Source of the DNA: a virus
Taxonomy: Duplodnaviria; Caudoviricetes
IMG/VR virus record: IMGVR_UViG_3300009164_000283
Span: 1 to 28,124 of that record
Reading direction: 5' to 3' (one strand)
DNA length: 28,124 nt
Shown: in pieces, positions 17,717 through 25,268 of the stretch
Layout of the letters: every line of letters begins with the position of its first letter
Numbering within the stretch: position 1 is the first letter of the stretch
The notes under the pieces: model-generated
Told to the model about the DNA's origin: nothing
The model's input: the letters and a program-made list of their open reading frames with translations, nothing else
The model's database searches: none
Translations under genes and position numbers: made by a program

Positions 17717-19129
17717 TTATTTAACCTCTGCTGGTCGTCCGTTGATTGTAATTTTAGTACCTCTAGGTAGGTTAGCGTCTTCAGCTTCTTGTACAGATTT
17801 GAAATCTCTAACAGGAGCTGCTTGGGCTGCTGGCTTAGGTTGTGGAGCCGTAGGACCACCACGGGTAGATGTAGGAGCAGCAGCGGGGGTTACTGGAGGA
17901 GTGACAGGAGCAGGTGTAACATTTATCAATACAGTTTCAGGAGTGGCTTTAATAGCTCTACCATCTTGATCAAATGTAACACCAATAGATACCAGAGCAT
18001 TCCTAGAAGTAACTGACTTAGGCTTACCATCTGGTGTAGTAAATTCAGTGATGATGGCATTACGAGACTGAGCATAAGCTGTCTTCATCTGGGTGTCAGC
18101 AATTCCCTTAGGAGTGATAGTAATGTTACCCTGCATATCTGTAGAAGTAACAAACTTACCCGGAACTAATGACTCAAGTGTGGACGCAAATCCTCTAGAA
18201 GCAACAGTGATAAGGTTGGCCTGTGTGACCTTCTCTTCGTTAGTCTCTTTAGGATTAGACATAAGCTTGATACGCTGTTGAACAAGTGTAGCAGCAAGTG
18301 CTCTTTCTTGAGCTGTCTTAGTTGGATCTTGTGCTTGATTAACCAAATCACTTCTAATATCTTCTTCAGTTTTCTTATGACCAAGATCTGTAGCTTGCTT
18401 AGTAATTTTAATCTTAGCTAGTGTGTCTGTAGCAGCCTGTTTTTCCTCTGGTGTTTTAGCATTCAATGCTTTAACTTGAGCATCACTTTCAATTTGCTCA
18501 AATGTTTTACTCTTAGCAAGTTGACTATAGTCCATTTCACCCATCATGTTGGGAGGACGCTTAGTGGTAAAGTCTTGATATCCAATCAATTGTTCTACAG
18601 TCATACCATATTTAGCAGCAGCCTTCTGAGCCTGTGTATAGCCATTACCAGCCACAAGCTGATCAACTAAACCACCACCCTTAGCAGCAGTATTAAACAA
18701 TTCTTTAGTCTTATCTGTAGCTGCTGCTTGAACTTTAAATAACTCATCCATATAATCAGCAGCTTTGACACCAGTAGGAGCTGAAGTTGCAGCTTTAAAG
18801 AAGCTTGGTGTAAGACGAGAAGACAGTTCTGGATCATCACGCAAGCGCTTAACAATATCTTTAGCCATTTCTGGATTACTAGCTAGTGTAATGAGCTGTT
18901 GATCATTAAACTTGTTACCATCTTTAAACACAAAAGAACCAAGCTCACTTACAGTGGCTCTATATTCTTCTTTCTGTTTATTAATTTCTTTCTTCTTCTC
19001 TTGAACATTGTGATACATATTAGTAATACTGGCTGCAGCAGCAACAGATTGTTCCTCTTCCTTCTTAGCAATTTGCTCAGACAATCCTTTAGCAAATCCA
19101 CCAGCAAAACTTCCAAACCATGCCGCCAT
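17717..19129 (-). CDS. Putative internal virion / ejection protein (470 aa)
   Basis: N-terminal FGSFAGGFAKGL followed by a charged coiled coil; Pro/Ala/Thr linker; short C-terminal LPRGTKITINGR domain; sits directly upstream of the largest virion gene. Confidence 0.65.
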   Translation of the reverse strand: MAAWFGSFAGGFAKGLSEQIAKKEEEQSVAAAASITNMYHNVQEKKKEINKQKEEYRATVSELGSFVFKDGNKFNDQQLITLASNPEMAKDIVKRLRDDPELSSRLTPSFFKAATSAPTGVKAADYMDELFKVQAAATDKTKELFNTAAKGGGLVDQLVAGNGYTQAQKAAAKYGMTVEQLIGYQDFTTKRPPNMMGEMDYSQLAKSKTFEQIESDAQVKALNAKTPEEKQAATDTLAKIKITKQATDLGHKKTEEDIRSDLVNQAQDPTKTAQERALAATLVQQRIKLMSNPKETNEEKVTQANLITVASRGFASTLESLVPGKFVTSTDMQGNITITPKGIADTQMKTAYAQSRNAIITEFTTPDGKPKSVTSRNALVSIGVTFDQDGRAIKATPETVLINVTPAPVTPPVTPAAAPTSTRGGPTAPQPKPAAQAAPVRDFKSVQEAEDANLPRGTKITINGRPAEVK

Positions 19130-19611
19130 TATTTTTCTCCTCTTGCCATTAAGCCCTTAGCTAAAGGCTTTTCTTGCCCTGCCATTGGAACTTCTGTATT
19201 AGTCTTTTTCATGTCATCAATTAGTTCTTTAATAACTCTAGGATCAACTGTGTCTTTCTTAATCTTATCGGCAGTAGAGACAACATAAGAAACATCATTA
19301 AGCTCGGCAATGGTTTTAATCATCTCTACCAATATAGGAGTCACTAAGAATCCCACATCAACATAGTGATAGCCCTGCATGAGGGCGCTCTTAGTTAGAG
19401 TATTAACAATAGTAAGAATTGGTATGTCTCTCTTCACTAATTCTAATAAGTCCAGCATAATTTCTGGATCGCTCATCTTATTTGAATAGAATTTAACAAC
19501 CTCATCTAGCGTTGTATATTGTGGTGGTTGCTCCCACGGCACATTACCCGGCTCAACTGTTAATGATTGACCGGGAATAGGTGCTGATAGAAACATACTA
19601 GGATTTGCCAT
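19129..19611 (-). CDS. Conserved phage virion-module protein (APIPGQSLT..P...PWE.PP)
   Basis: GGAG RBS, TAATG coupling, C-terminal KGLMAR. Confidence 0.75.
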   Translation of the reverse strand: MANPSMFLSAPIPGQSLTVEPGNVPWEQPPQYTTLDEVVKFYSNKMSDPEIMLDLLELVKRDIPILTIVNTLTKSALMQGYHYVDVGFLVTPILVEMIKTIAELNDVSYVVSTADKIKKDTVDPRVIKELIDDMKKTNTEVPMAGQEKPLAKGLMARGEK

Positions 19612-19813
19612 TTAATATCTCCATCTTTTGTTTACGAATGGCTGCAATGTATCCAGCAACTTGATTGTATACATCGTTGCTTTCTTCTTGTTTCTTATCT
19701 TGCATAGCTCCTTTAGCTACCAATCCTTTAGATGGTTGTGTCTTTTTAGCAGCAAGCTTTTCATCTGCCATATCACTAACCTTGCTATAAAACTTATCAA
19801 AATTTTTCATCAT
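19598..19813 (-). CDS. Small hypothetical virion-module protein
   Basis: Coupled to both neighbours; contains KGLVAK. Confidence 0.7.
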   Translation of the reverse strand: MMKNFDKFYSKVSDMADEKLAAKKTQPSKGLVAKGAMQDKKQEESNDVYNQVAGYIAAIRKQKMEILNGKS

Positions 19814-22305
19814 TAGTTTCCAAATATCCAGTCAATTGCCCTAGTAATTAAGTTTCCACCAGAATCACTGCCAACAACTCTTGAAACTACATTACCAACA
19901 GCAGCAGCATTACCAGCTTCAATTGTAGCCTTAGCAATGGCTAGTTGTCCATCTCTAGCAATCTCTGAGGCAGCAAGTGTTGTAGATCTGTTAGCATCAT
20001 TCTCAGAAGACTGCCAAGCATGAGCAACATCATCACGATACATCTGAACATTGTTGTTATATTCAGCTAAAGTTACTTGCTGTGTTAGCTGAGCATTAGC
20101 CATGTTAGCAGCATTGGTAGCCGCTGTGTTAGCAGTGGAGATTTCTCTTTGCCATTGAGCATTAGCTTGATCAATAACCAAGCGCTGCTGTGCATTAAAA
20201 GTATCTCGCTGATTCTGTGATTCTGTATTAAACTTAGCTACAGAGTTTGTTTGGTCAGTGTTAAATTGACTCACTGCTGTTTTCTGTGATGCATTAAACT
20301 GACTAACTTGTGTAGTCATTGTTGCATTAAACTGAGTAACTTGATTCTCACTAGCAGCATTAAATTGCTTAGCAGCATTAGCAGAAGCTGTGTCTGATAA
20401 CAATGCTTGTGTTGTTGCTTGAGCTTTAAACAATACAGCTTGTTGCTCATTGTCTAAGTTCTTCATGTCTATAGCCAAGAACGCTTGAGCATTAACAACA
20501 GCAGCTTGCTGTCTAGCATTAAGGTTTGCTGTATCCATAGCAGCATAAGTGGCTGCATTAGCAATGGTGGCTGCTTGTGAAGCAGACAACTCAGCCATAC
20601 CAACAGACTTTAACAACTCACTATTATGCAGCTTAGCTTGTTGTTCTGCAGTGAATGTTAAGTTGGTAGCTTGAGAAACCTTATCAGCATTTAACACAGC
20701 AGCTTGCTGTCTATTATCTAATACTTTACCCTGTAAGGCAGCTTCAATCTGAGCATTAGCCAAAGCAACTTGCTGTCTGTTAGATGTATTAGCCATATCA
20801 ACTTGAACTTGCATAGCACTGTTGTGCAAAGCAGCCTGTTGAACATTGTTTAAATTAATGTTAGCTTGTTCTGCATATCTAGCAGCATTAACCACAGCAG
20901 CTTGTTGTTCATTGCTTAGGTTTTGTCCTTGCAACGATGCTCTAATTTGTGTGTTAGCCAACATTGTTTGTTGCATGTTGGACAAGTTCTGGCTCTGAAG
21001 TTGAAAAGAACTAGTAGCATTCTGCAACCTAGCTTGTTGTTCATTACTTAGATTCTGTAATGATAAGCCTTGTTGAGCAGCAGCATTTGTCAAAGCCACT
21101 TGTTGTCTATTGTTTAAGTTCTGCAAACCCATTGTTGCAAATGTTTGTGCATCTTGTGCTGCAATAGGCAGAGCAGATTCCATAGCTGCTTGGAAGATGG
21201 CGGTAGAAGCCATAGAACTATTGCCCAAGCCCCTTGATGCCATCACAGCATTAGCAGCCCGCATAGCACCAGCAGCCCAAGCAGGGGTAGCTCCATCATC
21301 AAAGCTTTTCATCAACTCTGTTAATTGACCCTGCACTGTAGCTTGAGCAGACACATCTCCCTGAGCAGCAGCAGCTAATGTACCATCATCCACAGTGAAT
21401 TTATCTAAACGAGCAGCAACAACTGTAGCGTCTGGAGCAAGACCTGCTGCTGTAATGGCTGTTGCTTGTGCCATATCCTTCTCAGCAATCTGAGCAGCTT
21501 TAACAAGCTGGTTCTCTTGCACAACACCCTGTGCTGCTGTAACTGCTGTTGGTGCTGCAGTTTGAGCAGCAGCCGCTTTAACAGCCGTAGCATCTGTGAC
21601 GGGAGTAATCATTTCCCCTGCTACAACCTCACGCTTAGCTGCCTCAACGGGAGCTATATATTCTTTGCCTACTTTTTGAGCAGCAGCTACAGCTTCCTTA
21701 GACACTTGTCCTTGTGCTGCTGTAACTTGAGCTTCTTTAGCCACTTCGCCAGTAGCACCAGTGACACCAGCCAAGGCAGCACCAACAGCAGGAGCTGCCT
21801 TAGTAGCATCATATGTTGCGGCCTGTCCTGCTTGAGCAGCAGTGGCTTGTCCTGCTGTAGCGGTAGCAGCACCAGTAACTTGAGTGGCTTGTGCTCCAGC
21901 TCTTGGAGTTACACTAATGTTTTGTTCTGGGGTTGCTGCAATTTGAGCAGCATATACTTGAGAAGGAGCACCAACAAGAGGCTTACCAAACTCATCTGTA
22001 TTGCCTTGAGCAGGAAACTCAGGGGGAGGAGGAGGTAATGTTGGACGATCATTAATTACAGTATTTCCATCCTCATCAATGATACGATCACCAATAGGGG
22101 GGCGAACAGCCCCTACAGCACCACCTTCAGCATACTTAACAAATCCACCCTTAGCCATACGTTCAACAAACTTGTTTGTAATGGCAGCATATTTAGCTTC
22201 TAAAGAAGGAGAAGATGCAATGAACTCATCAAAGCCCTGCATAGGACCATCATAGCCAAGCTTCCTAGCTATGATTTCCTTTTGTTGTGCTGTAAAATCT
22301 TTCAT
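19813..22305 (-). CDS. Ala/Gln/Asn-rich internal virion protein, putative DNA pilot / ejection tube (830 aa)
   Basis: N-terminal MAKGGFVKYAEGG, an Ala/Thr-rich region, then 22-aa (NLxNxQQA) and 11-aa (QFN) repeats. Confidence 0.7.
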   Translation of the reverse strand: MKDFTAQQKEIIARKLGYDGPMQGFDEFIASSPSLEAKYAAITNKFVERMAKGGFVKYAEGGAVGAVRPPIGDRIIDEDGNTVINDRPTLPPPPPEFPAQGNTDEFGKPLVGAPSQVYAAQIAATPEQNISVTPRAGAQATQVTGAATATAGQATAAQAGQAATYDATKAAPAVGAALAGVTGATGEVAKEAQVTAAQGQVSKEAVAAAQKVGKEYIAPVEAAKREVVAGEMITPVTDATAVKAAAAQTAAPTAVTAAQGVVQENQLVKAAQIAEKDMAQATAITAAGLAPDATVVAARLDKFTVDDGTLAAAAQGDVSAQATVQGQLTELMKSFDDGATPAWAAGAMRAANAVMASRGLGNSSMASTAIFQAAMESALPIAAQDAQTFATMGLQNLNNRQQVALTNAAAQQGLSLQNLSNEQQARLQNATSSFQLQSQNLSNMQQTMLANTQIRASLQGQNLSNEQQAAVVNAARYAEQANINLNNVQQAALHNSAMQVQVDMANTSNRQQVALANAQIEAALQGKVLDNRQQAAVLNADKVSQATNLTFTAEQQAKLHNSELLKSVGMAELSASQAATIANAATYAAMDTANLNARQQAAVVNAQAFLAIDMKNLDNEQQAVLFKAQATTQALLSDTASANAAKQFNAASENQVTQFNATMTTQVSQFNASQKTAVSQFNTDQTNSVAKFNTESQNQRDTFNAQQRLVIDQANAQWQREISTANTAATNAANMANAQLTQQVTLAEYNNNVQMYRDDVAHAWQSSENDANRSTTLAASEIARDGQLAIAKATIEAGNAAAVGNVVSRVVGSDSGGNLITRAIDWIFGN
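20180..21120 (-). repeat. Coding tandem repeat: about 11 x 22-aa units followed by about 6 x 11-aa units
   Basis: NLNNRQQVALTNAAAQQGLSLQ / NLSNEQQARLQNATSSFQLQSQ / NLSNMQQTMLANTQIRASLQGQ / NLSNEQQAAVVNAARYAEQANI ...; then AAKQFNAASEN / QVTQFNATMTT / QVSQFNASQKT / AVSQFNTDQTN ... Confidence 0.85.
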
Positions 22306-22610
22306 ACTTTTCTTGGTTTCTCTATTGCTTCAGTCAAATAAGCAAGCATATCTCTGTTATCTCTGAGCAGTGCTATCACTCCTACAGTTACACAATACAC
22401 TTGTCTCTCTGACATTTTTAATTGGAAGCAGTCGTCTATAGCGTGAATACATTCATGTAACAATGTATCTACAGCCGCCAAGGGGTGCTGACCAGACTTA
22501 ATTTTAATTGAATAGTCTTCATAACTATACTCACCTAGTTGGCTAGGAAACTCCTCTACCAACTTTATAGGTATCTCTCTTCCAATAATACTAAGAGAAG
22601 AAGGTAACAT
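22302..22610 (-). CDS. Small zincin-like metallopeptidase (HExxH)
   Basis: G.Y......I.I......DTLLHECIHAI...E motif. Confidence 0.75.
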   Translation of the reverse strand: MLPSSLSIIGREIPIKLVEEFPSQLGEYSYEDYSIKIKSGQHPLAAVDTLLHECIHAIDDCFQLKMSERQVYCVTVGVIALLRDNRDMLAYLTEAIEKPRKV

Positions 22611-22627
22611 TATATATCTTGCCTCTT

Positions 22628-22656
22628 GTCATACCACAAATATTAACATCAGTCAA
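22628..22656 (-). promoter_or_regulatory. Candidate sigma70-type promoter upstream of the peptidase / ejection-protein block
   Basis: The minus strand reads TTGACT-17 nt-TATGAC with an extended -10 TG, inside a 48-nt intergenic gap. The last -10 base is non-consensus. Confidence 0.45.
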
Positions 22657-22658
22657 TA

Positions 22659-23099
22659 CTACATTAAGGCACATTCAGCTTTTCTTCTTTTGTCAAGACC
22701 AGCTAATACCTTACCGCCACCCTTGTTCCATTTAAGAAGTTCTTCTTTAGCCTCTTCCCAATTCTCTGCCACTATCTTTCGTCTAAGTGTAGAAGACTGT
22801 AATCTACCCACACCTAAATTATAACAAAAGTCTACAATGGCATTCAATCTTTTTTCATGTGCTGCTAAGTTGGGACACAACCTAAGAGCACCGGGAAGAT
22901 ATGTATGTTGCAACTCACTCAATAACAAAGCAGAAGCCTCTGTCTCACTGATTGGTGTGTCCTGTAGAGTCACCTTAGTACCATTAGCATAGTAGGTGGA
23001 GCCATATCCTATCGTTGCTACACCAGCAGGACAGAGATATGGCTTGCTTCTAAAGCCCTCAAACTTCTTGCAGAGATCTGCTGCAATGTCTAAGTTCAT
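22659..23099 (-). CDS. Endolysin, phage lysozyme (GH24)
   Basis: FEG...PYLCPAGVATIGYG catalytic segment; DFCYNLG; W.K.GGKVL.GL..RR..E. Confidence 0.93.
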   Translation of the reverse strand: MNLDIAADLCKKFEGFRSKPYLCPAGVATIGYGSTYYANGTKVTLQDTPISETEASALLLSELQHTYLPGALRLCPNLAAHEKRLNAIVDFCYNLGVGRLQSSTLRRKIVAENWEEAKEELLKWNKGGGKVLAGLDKRRKAECALM

Positions 23100-23590
23100 A
23101 GCCCACGCTTGGACAATGTACGATCAAGGAACCAGTAGTTGATAGTACCTGCTAACAAGGCTGAGAAGTCTGGTGTCATCATGGTTTTAAATACATCAGT
23201 AGCTAATGCACCACCAAGCCATGCGTTGTATGCAAACCACACATGAATAAAGCTCCAAACAAACAATACCCAGTAAGTTACTACAGGACGCACAGAAGCA
23301 GATAGACTAGCTACCCATCCACCAGCAGCTTTAACCATCTCTGCTTGCTGTGTGATGGCATTGTTGAAGGCATCCATAACACCTACATCAATAGCTGCTT
23401 CTCTTTGAGCACCAATTTCTGCTAGCTTTTGTTGACCACGCTGAGCTTCTAAGTCACATTGAAACTTAAACATATTAAGCTCATGTTCACGCTCATTCTT
23501 CTTGTCCATCCATTTCAACACTTCAGGAGCCATCCGAAAGATACCACCAAAGATGCTGCCTAATAAACCACCACTCAACATTTCTAACAT
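23096..23590 (-). CDS. Holin-like membrane protein (3TM holin type)
   Basis: Hydrophobic N-terminus, SVRP motif followed by a TM helix, and C-terminal YWFLDR; directly upstream of the lysozyme with ATGA overlap. Confidence 0.62.
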   Translation of the reverse strand: MLEMLSGGLLGSIFGGIFRMAPEVLKWMDKKNEREHELNMFKFQCDLEAQRGQQKLAEIGAQREAAIDVGVMDAFNNAITQQAEMVKAAGGWVASLSASVRPVVTYWVLFVWSFIHVWFAYNAWLGGALATDVFKTMMTPDFSALLAGTINYWFLDRTLSKRGL

Positions 23591-23599
23591 GATATTCTC

Positions 23600-24010
23600 T
23601 TACTTCAACTGTTTAAGTTTATAAAGAGTGCTTAAGAATAAAGCAACTGACTCATCAATTAAGTTTTGAATAGCTGTATCTTCTTGAGGAACAGCCGTAT
23701 ATCTAATGCTTTCAATATAATCAAGAAGTTCTTGAAGAACTTCAATGATAGAACCAGTGTAATCATTAGGGACAAAAGGAATATCAATGATTCCATTCCT
23801 ACCTTGATATGCTTCAGTGATGCTATCGGCAGTTTCAATAATATTATCGTAGAAATTCTGTAATGCCATGTGCTGAGAAAAACTAGTTGTCTTTAAGTGT
23901 TCTCTATGAGTAATCTCTCTGCTCAAAAACAGTGTACCAATTAGTTCACCAATAGAACCATTAGTTTCTTTAATAGTTCCACGAGGTGAAACCAAGCCTT
24001 TATTCATCAT
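23600..24010 (-). CDS. Ferritin/Dps-like four-helix-bundle protein (DUF5856-like)
   Basis: H..HL.T.SF..H.AL..FY.......D...E.YQG and QNLIDE...L...TLYKL pattern. Start moved to ATG 24010 (GGAG RBS). Confidence 0.7.
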   Translation of the reverse strand: MMNKGLVSPRGTIKETNGSIGELIGTLFLSREITHREHLKTTSFSQHMALQNFYDNIIETADSITEAYQGRNGIIDIPFVPNDYTGSIIEVLQELLDYIESIRYTAVPQEDTAIQNLIDESVALFLSTLYKLKQLK

Positions 24011-24263
24011 TTTTATCTCCTTTAGAACAATGATTGATATGGTCATCATCATGGGACAGTTTAACACCTGCTAATAGTCCAATAAATCCACCGATAATAG
24101 TTTGAAAAGCAGGGCTTATCAATTTAAATATTTCTGCATTATCTACTTCTTTTGCCCATAAGCCCAATACAAATGCAGTTACCATAGCTAACACAGAAAT
24201 ACATAATGTAAAGCTAACCATGAAGGTTACATAGAATGTCAATTTACTTTTTACATCTTCCAT
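24000..24263 (-). CDS. Two-TM membrane protein
   Basis: AGGAG RBS; two hydrophobic segments; PAFQTIIGGFIGLLAG. Confidence 0.78.
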   Translation of the reverse strand: MEDVKSKLTFYVTFMVSFTLCISVLAMVTAFVLGLWAKEVDNAEIFKLISPAFQTIIGGFIGLLAGVKLSHDDDHINHCSKGDKNDE

Positions 24264-24272
24264 TTAAGTCTC

Positions 24273-24512
24273 CTATATGTACACATCAAGTTTACGATTT
24301 GTAAATATCTCAAGACTCAGTTGGTTTCGTTCTGCTTTCTTAACGTACAACTCAAACTCAAGATCATCAATTTTATCCTTCACCTTCTTCATCTTCAAGG
24401 CTTGCTTATATTCTTCCGTCATACGCTCAGCCCTTCGCTCAAGCGCATCTGTCCTGTTTGGATAGCTCTCTGGCTGTACCATTGGATACCACTTATGTAT
24501 TGGAGGGATCAT
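24273..24512 (-). CDS. Hypothetical protein
   Basis: ATGA coupling with the upstream gene; ends LDVYI. Confidence 0.68.
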   Translation of the reverse strand: MIPPIHKWYPMVQPESYPNRTDALERRAERMTEEYKQALKMKKVKDKIDDLEFELYVKKAERNQLSLEIFTNRKLDVYI

Positions 24513-24799
24513 TTCTTTTCCCTTTCAATTGCCATATTATAAGCACGAACAACTTTGCTTCTTATTTCTACGCTGTCTGCTGTTCCCGCCCACTCAGGCA
24601 AGTTGTTCCAAATAACAACCATGTCTTTACTAGAACAAAAACTTTCATGGTTAGTTAACCACGCAGACATTTGTTGATGCCGTTCTAAAGGATTATGAAT
24701 AGTGTAAGCTATACCATAAAACTGTTGAACACTACATTTGTCCTCTGCTGCTGAAACAAGTAAGCTCACTATCAACAGTGCAGCCGCCACCCATTTCAT
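24509..24799 (-). CDS. Hypothetical protein with N-terminal signal peptide
   Basis: MKWVAAALLIVSLLVSAA signal-like start; two Cys; TAATG coupling. Confidence 0.72.
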   Translation of the reverse strand: MKWVAAALLIVSLLVSAAEDKCSVQQFYGIAYTIHNPLERHQQMSAWLTNHESFCSSKDMVVIWNNLPEWAGTADSVEIRSKVVRAYNMAIEREKK

Positions 24800-25026
24800 T
24801 ATTGATGTAGTTTATTTTCTATCGCAAGCCAAACAGCACCGAAGAAAGCACCAATGATTAGTATAGGCTTTACAGCTTTAGCTAGCCATTCAAGCACAGT
24901 GAAAGCTCCGGCAGCAGCATTGAATGCTGTAACCACTACTTGTGTGTTCTTGTCTAAGTTATCTACCTTAGCCTCAACAGCACACAAGCGCTCATATATC
25001 TGTGCGTGTGTTACTTCTTCAGCCAT
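24799..25026 (-). CDS. Small membrane-anchored protein (coiled coil plus C-terminal TM)
   Basis: IYERLCAVEAKVDNLD coiled coil followed by ILIIGAFFGAVWLAI. Confidence 0.75.
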   Translation of the reverse strand: MAEEVTHAQIYERLCAVEAKVDNLDKNTQVVVTAFNAAAGAFTVLEWLAKAVKPILIIGAFFGAVWLAIENKLHQ

Positions 25027-25028
25027 GA

Positions 25029-25250
25029 TTATGCTGATGCTGTACGCAGGGGTGTCAGGTCTTCTGTTGTCCAGAAGTCTTTAGCCAACATGATTTTGAG
25101 GTGCTCTTTGTTACGAGCAACAGTATCAGCCCAGTCTTCGTCAGACATACCTTCAGGTTGTCCTGCGTTAATCAGGTTGACGGAATCCATTGCGGCACTG
25201 TAGTGCTTTGCAATTTCTTCTGCGGTGGGGGTTTGTGTTTCAATAGTCAT
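25029..25250 (-). CDS. Small tail-fibre-associated protein
   Basis: AAGGA RBS; immediately downstream of the fibre gene; EIA.HY.AA.DSV.LI...RNKEHL.IM..K.FWT.EDL pattern. Confidence 0.7.
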   Translation of the reverse strand: MTIETQTPTAEEIAKHYSAAMDSVNLINAGQPEGMSDEDWADTVARNKEHLKIMLAKDFWTTEDLTPLRTASA

Positions 25251-25268
25251 GATTTTCCTTTCAGTGAG

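Noticed and set aside
14026-22038. Multiple + strand ORFs antisense to the virion genes
   Set aside because: These are shadow ORFs of Ala/Thr-rich coding sequence with no RBS or recognisable motifs.
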